DNA from: Octopus vulgaris
Taxonomy: Eukaryota
Direction: 5' to 3'
DNA: 64,000 nt
NCBI GenBank assembly: GCA_951406725.2
Contig: OX597815.1
Coordinates: 8,370,001-8,434,000 of the forward strand
Part shown: positions 14,883-28,970 of the stretch, piece by piece
Position numbering within the stretch: the first letter of the stretch is position 1
Layout of the letters: every line of letters starts with the position of its first letter
Made by a program: the position numbers and the translations under genes
Notes under the pieces: generated by a model
What the model was told of the DNA's origin: nothing
What the model saw: only the letters and a program-made list of their open reading frames with translations
Database searches by the model: none

Positions 14883-16207
14883 TTGGGAAAAAATCATTAG
14901 TTTAAATACCCAGCCAACATACCTGAGTATATAAGTGGAGAGAGGAGAGAAAGGGACATCAAATAATTTAAGCAAACAGATTTTAAGGGACGTAAAAGTA
15001 ACTTCAAAAAGTCCATACCTATTTCTTTACTACTCACAAGGGGCTAAACACAGAGGGGACAAACAAGGGACAAACGGATTAAGTCGATTATATCGACCCC
15101 AGTGTGTAACTGGTACTTAATTTATTGACCCCGAAAGGATGAAAAGCAAAGTCGGCCTCGGCGGAATTTGAACTCACAAGGTAACGGCAGACGAAATACC
15201 TATTTCTTTACTACCCACAAGGGGCTAAACACAGAGGGGACAAACAAGGACAGACAAATGGATTAAGTCGATTATATCGACCCCAGTGTGTAACTGGTAC
15301 TTATTTAATCGACCCCGAAAGGATGAAAAGCAAAGTCGGCCTCAGCGGAATTTGAAAAAAATTGGGAAAAAATCATTAGTTTAAATACCCAGTCAACATA
15401 CCTGAGTATATAAGTGGAGATAGGAGAAAAAGGGACATCAAATAATTTCAGCAAACAGATTTTAAGGGATGTAAATGTAACTTTAAAAAGTCCATACCTA
15501 TTTCTTTACTACCCACAAGGGGCTAAACACAGAGGGGACAAACAAGGACAGACAAATGGATTAAGTCGATTACATCGACCCCAGTGTGTAACTGGTACTT
15601 ATTTAATCGACCCCGAAAGGATGAAAAGCAAAGTCGGCCTCAGCGGAATTTGAAAAAAATTGGGAAAAAATCATTAGTTTAAATACCCAGTCAACATACC
15701 TGAGTAATAAGTGGAGATAGGAGAAAAAGGGACATCAAATAATTTCAGCAAACAGATTTTAAGGGATGTAAATGTAACTTTAAAAAGTCCATACCTATTT
15801 CTTTACTACCCACAAGGGACTAAACACAGAGGGGACAAACAAGGACAAACAGATTAAGTTGATTATATCGACCCCAGTGTGTAACTGGTACTTAATTTAT
15901 TGACCCCGAAAGGATGAAAGGCAAAGTCGGCCTCGGCGGAATTTGAACTCACAAGGTAACGGCAGACGAAATACCTATTTCTTTACTACCCACAAGGGGC
16001 TAAACACAGAGGGGACAAACAAGGACAGACAAATGGATTAAGTCGATTACATCGACCCCAGTGTGTAACTGGTACTTAATTTATTGACCCCGAAAGGATG
16101 AAAAGCAAAGTCGGCCTCAGCGGAATTTGAACTCAGAACGTAACGGCAGACGAAATACGGCTACACATTTCGCCTGGCGTGCTAACGATTCTGCCAGGTC
16201 ACCGCCA
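14883..16207. repeat. Local tandem triplication of unique flank plus SINE B fragments
   Basis: TTGGGAAAAAATCATTAGTTTAAATACCCAG recurs at about 14883, 15362 and 15660. Confidence 0.85.
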
Positions 16208-16234
16208 TACCTAGTGTGTGTGTGTGTGTGTGTA

Positions 16235-16266
<32 letters not shown>

Positions 16267-16886
16267 TGTGTGTGTGTGCAAGGAAGAGTGAGTTACACAC
16301 ACATATATACACAAATATACAGGCATGAACTATGTATCAAGAAGTTTGCTTCACAAACAGGTGTGTGCATGTGTGTGTTACTGTTTCCCTGCTTTGACCT
16401 TGGATGATAGTTATAAATAAGTGTTGCCATCATGAAAGTAGTGTCCATTTCCAATCTTCCATGAAAACATGTCTGTTCATGGGGGAGATATCGCCTTATT
16501 TGGAAACAGGTGAAGGGTTGGTGACAGGAAGTGCATTGGGCTGTAGAAAAATCTATTCATGCGGGTATATGTGTGTGTGTGTGTGTGTGTGGGGGGGGTA
16601 CACACACACACACACACACACATATACCCGCATGGGTCAGAAAAGAAATCTGGAGTTAAATTTGTTTGCTTGGGTTTTGGAAAGAGGGTGTTTTGGGAGG
16701 GGTTTATTTCTTTGTTATTTTGAATGTGTGTGTGTGTGTGGGGGGGTGTTTGGTGAATTTTTAAACAAGGAAAAAGAAAGAAAGATAAAACACCCTTTCC
16801 TTCCTTTCTTTGGGACCCTGATTGACAGGTCATCTGGGAAGGACTGAAGGATATGTCAACAAATAGTGAATGCAGGAATGACTCAT

Positions 16887-17284
16887 ACTCTCTCTTTTAC
16901 TCTTTTACTTGTTTCAGTCATTTGACTGCGGCCATGCTGGAGCACCGCCTTTAGTCGAACAAATCGACCCCGAGACTTATTCTTTTGTAAGCCCAGTACT
17001 TATTCTATCGGTCGCTTTTTGCCGAACCGCTAAGTGACAGGGATGTAAACACACCAGCATCGGTTGTCAAGCAATGCTAGGGGGACAAACACACAAACAC
17101 ATATATATATACATATATACGACGGTCTTCTTTCAGTTTACGTCAACCAAATCCACTCACAAGGCATTGGGCAGCCCGGGGCTATAGCGGAAGACACTTA
17201 CCCATGATGCCACACAGTGGGACTGAACCTGGGACCATGTGGTTGGTTAGCAAGCTACTTACCACACAGCCACTCCTGCGCCTA
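16887..17284 (-). mobile_element. SINE family A
   Basis: Full reverse copy. Confidence 0.85.
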
Positions 17285-17564
17285 TAGTTCCCATGTCTAA
17301 TCAAGAACTTAGCAAAGCCCCAGTAAGCAGGAGAACAGGGACAATCTAATCCCTTTAGGAATAAGACCCTGATTAATATGTAGAACAAGTGTAGGTAGTA
17401 ATTCCACACTATATACCTTGTGCAGACTACAGACACCTAAGAGGTGCAGGAAAATCACAGGAAGGTTGATGAGGTTAAGTAGACTTAATGCACAGGAGTA
17501 AATAACACTAGGACACATGGGAAGCAACTTTCCCCCCAATGCTCTTGGGGGGTTCCTTAGAGAT

Positions 17565-17908
17565 AATATATAGCTTCTGTTACCTTGGTGACCGAATTGG
17601 CAATAGAGGAAGACATTCTGAAAGTAAAGTTGCTAGAGTAAGAACTGGCTGAAGAAAGTTCAGGGAGATATTAGCTCTGCTGGTAAACGAAAGGCCTCTC
17701 TCTATCAGGGAGGAAGCCAGATTGTATGACGCTTGTGTACAGACAACAATGCCATATGGCAGTGAATTATGGACTGCAAATGCAGATGACATGTGAAGAC
17801 TAGAAAGAAATGAAGCTAGCATAGTCTGTTGGATATAAAAATATCAGAGTGTATGAAAGACCAAGTGCAAATGTTTTGAGAGAAGAACTGGGCCTAAGAG
17901 GCATCAGA
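17565..17908 (+). mobile_element. RTE ORF C-terminal fragment
   Basis: Reads as YLGD..ARVRTG*RKFRE..LYDACV..RLERNEAS. Confidence 0.7.
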
Positions 17909-18080
17909 TAAATGAGGGTTTGCTGAAAGGTTCATACGCTGACTATGAATGAGTGAGGCTAGAGCTGTGAACTCTAACATGCATTAATTTCAACTCTTCT
18001 TATTAATAACTGCATTGTTTCTTTCCAGGTAAACTGACATCTGATTGTTTAAAGAATACTTCAAAAGTAACTAGTGGTGA

Positions 18081-18423
18081 GATAGTGGTTGTATACTGTC
18101 AACTCAACGTGACAGTCCCGTAAAGGGAATCACACCACCGCTATTTAGCCCTAGGAAGTATCGATGCTTCCTGTCAACTTTGACACATTTCCTGTGCCCT
18201 TATATTTGCAAAAGGGAGGCAAGCACCCCCAACAGCTAGGATTAGCACCTGAAGACATGCATGTTTCTGAGCCTTGCTCATCATCAGTCCAGGGTAGCAA
18301 GTCCTGCTAGCTGAGATGGCTGCAACCACTTTGCAAATATATAGTATTTTCAGTGAAATTTATTCACTGATCACCAAAATTAGAAATATTGAATTTCTAA
18401 ATTTAGAAATTCAATATTTCTAA
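18081..18423 (-). mobile_element. Penelope-like insertion inside a mariner relic
   Basis: 13-bp direct repeat TAACTAGTGGTGA (18068-18080, 18424-18436). Diverged similarity to the 2707 arm (ATTTAGCCC..CCTTATATTT..AGCACCCCCA). Contains a hammerhead. Confidence 0.65.
18248..18293 (-). ncRNA. Intact minimal type I hammerhead ribozyme
   Basis: CCTGGA-CTGATGA-TGAGCaagGCTCA-GAAA-CATGCATG-TC-TTCAGG. Full core, GUC triplet, palindromic stem III. Confidence 0.85.
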
Positions 18424-20008
18424 TAACTAGTGGTGATTTCTCTTGAAAATGGAGAAAACTTGACATCATGGCGTTATCAAGTACCTACAGAAAAAGGGTT
18501 TAGCCTCCATTGACATTCATGCTGACATGCTTGCTACACTGGGGGGGTGGGGGCAACGCTCAAACTTTAACAACAGTGAAAAGTGGGCTGCTGAATTTAG
18601 TCAGGGGAAGGGTGAGTCTTGAATATGACCCAAGGTCTCAACATCCTACAACTGCCACCACTGAGGAAAACTTTTGATCGTGTTCACCACATGGTGATGG
18701 ATGATAGGTCATTGACTAGAAACCAAATGGCCAATGCTGTTAGCATATCCTGTGAGAGAACTGAAAATATTCTGCACAACGAACTCGGCATCATGAAGGT
18801 TTCTGTTTGATGGATATCACATCTGATACCTGATCAAAAGCACACCAGGCTGGATGACATCACAGGAAAATCTGATCCAGGTGGTTCCCTTGAACATTTC
18901 CAAAGTCAGGAAAATTGTTGGCTTCAACATTTTGAGCCAGTGACAAAGAGACAATTAATGCAGAGGCAACACTCCTCCTCACAGCTCTAAAGAAGACTAA
19001 AGTTGTTTCATCTGCAAGGAGGGTGATAGCCTCAGGTTTCTGGGATGCAAAAGGCATTTTGTTTATTGACTATTTTCAAAAGGCTATCAAGACCAAATAC
19101 CCAGGAAAACTGATGAATGGGGTCTTGACAATGCTCCTGGATGGAAGTCCTTGGTTTCAATGGCTACTGTGAATTGACTGTGGCTTTGAACTGGTTGATC
19201 AATCTCTCTGATTTAGCCCCATCTGACTTTCATCTGTCCCCCAAAATGAAAAAAAAACACACTTGGTTGGGAAATAGTGTCACAATGATGTCATATCTGC
19301 TGTTGCTACCAGTCACTTTTGAAGTATTCTTTGAACAGTCAGATATTAGTTTACCTGGTAAGATATATGTATTTCTTTATAATAACAAGGGGCTAAACAC
19401 AGAAGAGACAAATGAGTACAGACAAACGGATTAAGTCGATTATATCGACCCCAGTGCGTAACTGGTACTTAATTTATCGACTCCGAAAGGATGAAAGGCA
19501 AAGTTGACCTCGGCGGAATTTGAACTCAGAACGTAACAGCAGATGAAATACGGCTTACGCATTTCGCCCGGTGTGCTAACATTTCTGCCAGCTCACCGCC
19601 TAATATTATATCTTACCTGATAAGATATAATGCAGTTATTAAAAAGAAGAGCTGAAATTAATGCATGCAAGATTTCACAGCTCTAGCATCGTTCCTTCAT
19701 GGTCAGCCTGGGAAATCTTCAGTGGTTTTGTCATGTGGTGTGAATGGATGAGCACAGCTGCCAATCATTGAATGTGGGTGGCACCTCTAAAAGAGGGAAA
19801 CCCAGGAAGATGTAGGATGTAATAGAGGAGACTGACAGCAGATTGTTGAGCTCCATGGAGGAGATAACAAAGGACCTAAATGATTGGTGACTTTCTGTGC
19901 TCAAGAAGATCCATCTTTTCAGCACAAAATGAGATCTTAAAAGCACATCAACCAAGAAAGACAATGCTTCCATGAAGAGATCTAATAAGAATGAAACATG
20001 CTCAGACT

Positions 20009-20412
20009 TACTCTTTACTCTTTTACTTGTTTCAGTCATTTGACTGCGGCCATGCTGGAGCACTGCCTTTAATCGAGCAAATCAAAGCCGGGACTTATTC
20101 TTTTGTAAGCCCAGTACTTATTCTATCGGTCTCTTTTGCCGAACCGCTAAGTAATGGGAACATAAACACACCAGCATCGGTTGTCAAGCAATGCTAGGGG
20201 GACAAATACAGACACACAAACACACACATACATATATATATACATATATACGACGGGCTTCTTTCAGTTTCCGTCTACCAAATCCACTCACAAAGCTTTG
20301 GTCGGCCCGAGGCTATAGTAGAAGACACTTGCCCAAGGTGCCACGCAGTGGGACTGAACCCAGAACTATGTGGTTGGTAAACAAGCTACTTACCACACAG
20401 CCACTCCTGCGT
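20009..20412 (-). mobile_element. SINE family A
   Basis: Full reverse copy. Confidence 0.85.
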
Positions 20413-21039
20413 CTTGTTACTATGTTTGTAGATAAATGTAGTATTTGCTTCTTTACTGATGTACATTTGTTTTCTCTCTCCACCTCACTACATACATAAG
20501 TCTAGATTTAATCAACTGAGATTTTTGAATTTGTCCAGATCAAATTTAAGCATCAGTCCAATGCTTACCTCCCCTTAATACAGGGAGACTCTGAACTGAA
20601 GAAAGTTTTTTTCTGTATCAATGCTTATGTGGTAAATTCTAAGTACTGTTTTACACACACACACACAAGTACACAAACATACAACTACATACATAAACAC
20701 ACATATACACACACAGGTGCTAATGAGCTATTTAATTCATTAGATTATCTAATACTAGCAAATGCCCACCGTCCATTGGACAGCGTAAGTTTGTGATGGT
20801 ATTGGAGTCTAAAATAGTGTAATTCTGCTTCTGTCTGCTTGTTGAGCAATCTGTGATGCTCTGGTGATCGAAGGAGAAGCAGCACTGTGACCATGCCAGA
20901 GTTCTGTGATGTTCTGGTGACTGCTGTAGAAGCAGCTTTGCGAGCACACCAGAGTTCTGCTTGTTGAGCTGTCTGTGATGCTCTGGTGGTTGAAGCAGAA
21001 GCAGTATTGTGAGCACACCAAAGCCCGTATATGTTCTTC

Positions 21040-21770
21040 TGCAACTCAACTTGATTTCGAGCCGGGTCGTCTGCTGCTGGAGAGGACCGATCAGGTAAAG
21101 GACCTGGGTATCTTGGTGGATTCCTCCTTTTCGCCTTCGGCCCTGTGCGTCCATGCTGCCAACAAAGCACGCGGAATTCTGTTCTTGATTCGACGGTCAT
21201 TCGGAACGCTCACAGCAGCCATATTCCTGCCACTCTATGTCACGCTGGTGAGACCCATATTGGAGTACGGGATTCAAGCCTCTTCTCCTTATCTCCTCAA
21301 AGACATACAGCATCTCGAAAGAGTCCAGAAGCTGGCTACCCACATGGTTCATGGTCTCAAAAATTTGTCCTACGAAGAAAGGCTAAGGACGCTCGACCTT
21401 TATTCTCTTGAAAAATGCCGCCGCCGTGGTGATCTCATTCTCACCCACAACATCATAAGCGGAAAGTGTAACCTCTCGAAAGAGCTGTTCTTCACTCCTG
21501 CTCCAGAGCGTCGGCTGCGGGGTCATTCCGAAAAGCTCTACCTGCGACGGTTTCATCTCAATCGAAGGAGAGGAGCTTTCTCCGTCCGGGTTGCGGATCC
21601 GTGGAACAAGCTGCCAGACGAGATGGTGAAGATGCCGACGACCGCTTTGTTCAAAGCCTCCCTTGACCTCAAGTGGCCTGAACTCTTTACATGAACACCA
21701 CCCTGTACTTAACTCCATGTCCTTGCTATTTGCTTTTGAGCCAAATTAACTAACTAACTAACTAACTAAC
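21040..21770 (+). mobile_element. 5'-truncated CR1-like LINE 3' end, apparently young
   Basis: Open frame to 21694 with KDLGILVD, LVRPILEYG, LERVQKLAT, RRRGDLI, RLRGH and FSVRVADPWNKLP. Ends in a (TAAC)n tail. Confidence 0.85.
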
Positions 21771-22694
21771 TTCTGTCCTGCTTGCCCACAAGGAATGCAA
21801 AACCGAAGCATTTTTGGTTTTTCTGCCAATGTAACTCTTGCTTTTTTGAAGCATCCTATCAAAAATCTGTAATTGAGTGAATCGTTAAAAAAATCAATTA
21901 AATTTACCTTGTTGCTGTTTGCAAGCACTCATCATCATTATCATCATCATTTAACGTCCGCTTTCCATGCTAGCATGGGTTGGATGATTTGACTGAGGTC
22001 TGGCGAACCAGACTCCAATCTCATCTAGCAGTGCTTCAACAGCTGGATGCCCTTCCTAATGCCAACCACTCCGAGAGTGTAGTGGGCGCTTTTACATGCC
22101 ACCGGCACGAGGGCCAGTTTGGTGGTACTGGCAACAGCCACGCCCAAATGGTGCATTTTACGTGCCACCTGTACAGGAGCCAGTCCAGCGGCACTGGCGA
22201 CGACCTCGCTCGAATGTTTCACGTGCCACCAGCACAAGTGCCAGTAAGGCGACGCGGAACAAGCACTAAATATGGTATTTCAACACAAAAAATTCCCACA
22301 ATACTAAAGCTCACAATTATTTGCAATGGTTATTGTAACCACCGAATGGCACCAAATGGATGCGGACAGTTGTGAATGAGCATTCACATCTATAAGCACG
22401 TGTGGACAGAATGTATTTCGAGAACATCAATATTCTACCGGCCAAAACAATCGAAGCAAACGCCAGTGCACTGACGGGTAGCAGAAGGTAAAGGGTATTG
22501 CTAAGAAATAATCACACTTACGTGCGAAATTTAAATAAGAAGAATGTGCAAATTGAAACGGTTTCTAGGACTTCTCTGAAAATGAAAGACAGCCAAAACT
22601 GGGCTTCCTTTGGGGGAAAAAAGGATGTTAGTATTAAAATCACCTTATGTTAATTTGGAAGTAATGACAATTCTTTATAAATAAAGTTATTTAA

Positions 22695-22916
22695 CCCTTT
22701 CGTTACCAACCCGGCTGAAACCGCCCCTGGATCTGTAGTACAAATGTCTTGTTTTCAAAAGTTTTGAACTAAAATCTTCCACCAAACCTTAGTCACAATT
22801 TATGTTCCTAACACTAGCTGAATGATAACTAAGTTATTTTACTAAATTCTTTGTTATATTTAAAATTAATTGAAAGAAACACAGAGCATCTCAACAGAAA
22901 TACAGTAACAAAAGGG
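22695..22916. mobile_element. piggyBac-type MITE
   Basis: TTAA on both sides. Termini CCCTTTCGTTAC and GTAACAAAAGGG. A decayed relative lies at about 52306-52545. Confidence 0.75.
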
Positions 22917-23118
22917 TTAAGTCCACGTAACTGGAAAACTTCAAATAGGATATAGGGTTCTGCAATATGTGATGTTGACCGATAAAGTGGCAAACCTTGT
23001 GGATGAGTAAGGTACCAGAACCGACCAAACAGTGCTTTTTTTTAGAATGTATCGAGGAATTTGATTTGTAAAATTCGTAAAAATGATAAGAAGAATTTAC
23101 CAAAATATCATTCAATTA

Positions 23119-23623
23119 CCGTAAATCCTTGAGTATAGTTCGCTCTTCAGTATAATACGCAGGGGATTTTTAGGGGGCTGTACTTCTGAAAAACCTAAAC
23201 CTTGTGTATAATACGTACCCCTTCTCTAACTTGAGTGAAAGAGGTCTATATAACGTCCTTGGTTTGTAAAAATGTATATGGTAGCGTCCTTTATTATTAT
23301 TATATATATAACAAATGTGTAGCTTTTTTGTGCATTTTGTTTGCAGAAAATAAAGAAATAACAGTAATAACGTTTAATAAATGTTGCTTATTGCAAGTTA
23401 TGGATGATTCTTTTATGACTTCATTGCTTTCAGGCTTAGCTTAAGGTATTTTTGCGCCCGACATCACAAAATGTGTCTGAATAAAAATTGCCGGACAGCA
23501 AATAGAGACTCAGACATTGCTTAGAAAATATTTTTCATTTTTAACCTCGTATATAGTACGCACTAGGGATTTTGACCTTTAAATTTTGGGAAAAAAGTGC
23601 GGATTATACTCGAGGATTTACAG
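23119..23623. mobile_element. Tc1/mariner-pogo-type MITE
   Basis: TA target duplication. TIRs CCGTAAATCCTTGAGTATA and TATACTCGAGGATTTACAG. Confidence 0.75.
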
Positions 23624-24764
23624 TATGCATACCGATAAAAAATAACTCGTAATTTGAAATGTTGATACAAATATTCATTCTTCATGAAATGGAATTAAAG
23701 AATATACAATGGCCATGTACATGTCAAATCGAGTGAGTCGTGCAAAAGTTGAAAAATACTGCTCATATTTTGTTTTATATAAGAAACTGTTAGCTAAAGT
23801 TTCAAATATTTGTCACCCAAATTTCCACATTCAATTATCAATCAATTTGTCTCTTTCTACAGTCAATTGAATTTTGTTGTGAGAAAGTATTCACACAGTT
23901 GATTGATCACCAATTAGTGGCATTTATTCATTATTCAAAATAACTGCCTTGTCTTCTTACTCTTTTGCATCAGCTTATTTATTAAACGCAGATGTCATGC
24001 CTGGATGCACGTGTTCGAGTGCACTTCATTCTAGAATGATATCGATTTTTACTGCAACCACATATGGTCTTTCTTGAAATTGCTTAGAAAGCTAAATGCA
24101 ATTAATGCTCTGATGCTGATTGGACGAACATAGCGGCTGTTTGTTCGTGATTTGCAGAATGATAGCCAATAAGTGTTATTGAAATCAGATTTTCCATCAA
24201 GATTTTGATTAAAAAAGGGAAAAATCTCACCTTGAAACTAATGATTATGTTATGAAATTTGATTGATGCACCCACTGTTACGTCTTTTACCTATGTGTTA
24301 AAATTTCAGCACAACTAGTTGGAAAATACAACCATTATAATCTTTTAGACACATACACACACAGACAGAACAGGATTTACATATAACTAGCACTATGACC
24401 CGGCAACGCGAGTACTGTCCAAATCTCCGACCAATCACATACAGCTAGCTGGCATTCAATTGGTGTATCAAGTTTCAGGCATTTTGATTGGGTTTTGGAT
24501 AGTAAATTCAAAAAAAAGTCACTTCTATTGATTTTTTTTAATGGCTTTGCAGGGTGACTGGGGAAATGTAAAGATGTGCACGACCACCCTTGGACGGTTT
24601 TGAATGACCATAGAAAGTGCGAACCCTCAAACTGAAAAATCGTGGATTTGTATAAAGGACACACAGACATTTTGCTGTTTATATATATATAGAGATAGAT
24701 GACCATGCTGGAGCACTGCTTTTAGTAATGACTGTGTTATTGCTGTTGATGCTGTTTATATAAG

Positions 24765-24994
24765 GAAGCGAGGTGGCAGAAACGTTAGCACGCTGGGCGA
24801 AATGCTTAGCGGTGTTTTGTCTGTCGTTACGTTCTGAGGTCAAATTCCACCGAGGTCGACTTAACCTTTCATCCTTTTGGGGTCGATAAATTAAGTACCA
24901 GTTACCTACTGGAGTCGATGTAATAGACTTAATCCCTTTGTCTGCCCTTGTCTGTCCCCTCTATGTTTAGCCCCTTGTGGGCAATAAAGAAATA
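24765..24994 (+). mobile_element. SINE family B (Nin-domain-like)
   Basis: tRNA-like head plus CCTTTCATCCTTTTGGGGTCGATAAATTAAGTACC core. Other copies at about 13060-13280, 19368-19601, 26076-26240, 34843-35052 and 45460-45572. Confidence 0.75.
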
Positions 24995-25186
24995 GCTGTT
25001 TATATATCTGAACAGACATACATGCAGGAAGGCTGATCAAGTCTTTAGAGCGTTTAACTTATCAAAACTTGGCCACAATAGGGCAGTCTTCTGTAGAGAC
25101 TGCTGATGCTGTTTCTGAAAGGATGGAAAGGAAATGGAGAAAGTGAGAGCAAGAAGGAGGGGAGGGAGAAAAGGAGAGTTACTTAC

Positions 25187-25282
25187 CTGCTCCAAGGAGA
25201 GCTTGACGTGTTGGTGCCTGTCCGGATGCAGCTTGCAATACGTTGCCCATGTACACCTCCTGCACATCTTCACTGCTAATAC
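25187..25282 (-). CDS. ACAT1: ACAT1 internal exon
   Basis: Encodes (G)ISSEDVQEVYMGNVLQAASGQAPTRQALLGA(G). CCCGTTAG acceptor, GTAAGT donor. 96 bp, phase 1-1, joins in frame to the neighbouring exons. Confidence 0.95.
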
Positions 25283-27121
25283 CTAACGGGAAATAATAGA
25301 GACTTATTGAACGGACACCTCTTTTAAACCTACAGTAAATGCCAATACATACGCATACAAAAAGATCAATACATACATTCACATATTATTCGCACACACA
25401 CACACACTTGACTGGCTTCTGTGCCGGTGGCACATAAAAAGCACCAACTGATCATGGCCTCTGCCAGCCTCCCCTGGTACCTGTGCCAGTGGCACCTAAA
25501 AAGCACCATCCGTATGTGGCCGATGCCAGCGCTGCTTTGACTGGCTTCCGTGCCGGTGGCACGTAAAAACCACCAATCAATTGTGGCTGCCACCAGCCTC
25601 CCATGGCACCTGTGCCGGTGGCTCGTAAAAAGCACCCACTACACTCTTGGAGTGGTTGGCGTTAGGAAGAGCATCCAGCTGTAGAAACACTGCCAGATCA
25701 AGACTGGAGCCTGGTGCAGCCTCCTGGCTTCCCAGACCCCCGGTCGAACCGTTCAACCCATGCTAGCATGGAAAGCAGACGTTAAATGATGATGATGATG
25801 ACACACACTCACAGATATAAATGCATACAGATATATATGCACATAAACACATATACACACAAAGATACTGGCACACACAGATATATACAGATATATACAT
25901 AAAGAGAGAAAACTTGCATACAAAGCCAAATATCTATAAACAGATAAGCACACGCCATACTGCTTACATGTGAAGGATTGTTTCTGGTTGTCAATTGTAA
26001 CCACTGTCACCATAGAGTGATCACTGAGTGGTTAGAACACACAGACAGACCATACACTAATATATATATATATATTCTGAGTTCAAATTCCGCTGAGGTC
26101 TACTTTGCCTTTCATCCTTTCGGGGTCGATAAATTAAGTACCGGTTATGCACTGGGGTCGATGTAAAACGACTTAATCCGTTTGCCTGTCCTTGTTTGTC
26201 CCCTCCGTGTTTAACCCCTTGTGAGTAGTAAAGAAATATATATTTCAAAAAGGCGGCGACTGTCTCTTGTTTATTTTATATGGTACAGATATTTCTAGTG
26301 ACCTGACATACACACACATGCTATACTTCACACACACACACACGCACGTGTCTGCATGATTAAATACAACCAATATTACATACATGCACACCATACACAA
26401 ACACACACCCTATATATGTGTATATATATATATGTATGTGTGTGTGTTTGTGTGTCTGTGTTTGTTCCCCTAGCATTGCTTGACAACCGATGCTGGTGTG
26501 TTTACGTCCCCGTCACTTAGCGGTTCGGCAAAAAGAGACCGATAGAATAAGTAGTGGGCTTACAAAAAGAATAAGTCTCGGGGTCGAGTTGCTCGACTAA
26601 AGGCGGTGCTCCAGCATGGCCGCAGTCAAATGACTGAAACAAGTAAAACAGTAAAGAGTATATACTCTAGACTTAGCATTCTATACACACACCACATTCC
26701 ATGCATATACACAAACACAAACTGTACGCTATATTCACACATTACAAACTTTCTACATACTCAGACACATCCTTACACTACACCATACATACAGACACAC
26801 ACACTAACAAACCTTGCACACTATATTCATGCAAACACAACCCTTGCACATACACACACAATCTATTCATACAAATACAAGCTTTACACATAGACACACA
26901 ACCAAACATACACACATTACATCATACCATACTACAGACTATGCACCATACACTTACACACACACACACACTATAGCCTTCACATGCTATACACCACCCA
27001 CCACACACCTTCCTCTACCTGTCCATACTCCTTCCTCTACTGCTGCACAAACCTTTGTAATATCACCCAACCTGCTAATTGCTCCGACACTGCTCTGACA
27101 CATTCCTTAGCACGAACTTAC

Positions 27122-27239
27122 CTGCTTTCTTCAGAGCTTCGGTAATGACCACTGACCCCAGTTTCGGTGCAGGCACCGATGCCATGGCACCCAGGAAGGG
27201 AATGATGGGTGTCCTCACATAGCTGGCTATTATCACGTC
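27122..27239 (-). CDS. ACAT1: ACAT1 internal exon (thiolase N-terminus)
   Basis: Encodes DVIIASYVRTPIIPFLGAMASVPAPKLGSVVITEALKKA(G), with the RTP motif. ACAG acceptor, GTAAGT donor. 118 bp, phase 0 to 1. Confidence 0.95.
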
Positions 27240-28590
27240 CTGTCGCAAATAAGAAATCAACAATAAAAATAACGTCAACAATAATACATACTCCCACCCT
27301 TGTAAATTCTTATCGACCATAAAACACACACACACACATGCAGGCAAACACTAGCATCATTGGTTTTGAGTCAGTCATGTAAATATGCTAAAGATAGAAA
27401 CCAAATTTTCTCAAAAATGACACCTACTGTCTTATAAAATAATGGAAACATCATCATCATCATCATCATCATCGTTTAACGTCTGCTTTCCATGCTAGCA
27501 TGGGTTGGACGATTTAACTGTGGGCTGGCGAGCCAGATGGCTGCACCAGGCTCCAATCTGATCTGGCAGAGTTTCTACAGCTGGATGCCCTTCCTAACGC
27601 CAACCACTCCAAGAGTGTAGTGGGTGCTTCTACATGCCACCGGCACGAGGTTCCAGTCAGGCGGTACTGGCAACGGCCATGCTCAAATGGTGTTTTTTAC
27701 GTGCCACCTGCACAGGAGCCAGTCCAGCGGCACTGGCAACGACATTAAATTAAATAGCCCTAGATATACTTGATCTGAATAAAAGAGTTGATGGTCACCA
27801 TAGGAACATCTTTGGCTATGAGTCAACTGGATCAAGGCTGACCTGGGATTAAATGATAACTAAAAATACATAACAAAAGATTAGATACTCTATCCAGAAA
27901 GACCACCTGACTGTGGAAAACCTACCTCAACAAATTCCATCTGATCCATGCAAGCAGAGAAAAGGGGACATTAAATGATGATGATGATGATGATAATGAT
28001 GATGATATACTCAATTAGATGCAAGCATGGGTGTGTGGTTAAGAAGCTTGCTTTGTAACAATGTGGTTTTGGGTTCAATCTGTGCAGCAATCTGAGCAAG
28101 TGTCTTCTACTTTAGCCTGAACAAGCCAATGCCTTCTGGACAGGACTGGCAGATACAAACTGCCATATATCATCATCATCATCATTTAACGTCCATTGTC
28201 CATGCTGCCATGGGTTGGACAGTTTGCCTGGGCTGGCATGCTGGAAGGCTGCACCAGACTCCAGTCTGATTTGGTATGGATGCCCTTCCTAATGCCAACC
28301 ACTTTGAGAGTGTAATGGGTGCTTTTATGTACCACCGACATGGGTGTCAATTTGCGTGACACTGGTATCTGTTATGTCTGCAATTTTGCACAGCTTGGTG
28401 GGTCTTCTCCTCAAGCATGACATAATTCCTAAGGTCTTGGTCATTGCCTCCATCAGGCCCAACACTCGAAAGGAACTCAGCTACTTTGCCTCTGTGAAGT
28501 CCAACACTAGAAAGGATCTCAGCCACTTTGCATCCATGAGGCCCAATGCTCAAAAGGAGCTCAGCTGTTTTGCCTCCGTGAGGCCCAACA

Positions 28591-28628
<38 letters not shown>

Positions 28629-28970
28629 CACTGTGACCGACCAGGCTATCAGATGTTGCTACACATTGCTGGTCACAATGCGCTTCGCATTGTTTTAGCC
28701 TTCAAATGACGCCACCCTGCTGGCCAACAGAAGAAAGAATGAGAGAAAGTTGTGGCGAAACAGTACATCAGGGATCGCCGCCACCCCCTGCCAGAGCCTT
28801 GTGGAACTTTTAGGCATTTTCGCTCAATAAACACTCACAATGCACGGTTTGGAATTAGAAACCGCAATCCTACGACCGCGAGTCCTCTCCCCTAACCACT
28901 GGGCCATTGCACCTCCATATATATATATAAAAGTTTTTTGTGCATCTTGATGTTGACATAAGTTCCTTGC

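Larger units (their letters stand above)
17912..19725 (+). mobile_element. Degenerate mariner transposon, interrupted by later insertions
   Basis: TIR-like GAGGGTTTGCTGAAAGGTTC. Relic motifs ILHNELG, VIASGFWDAKGI and DLAPSDFHL.PKMKK. Confidence 0.75.
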
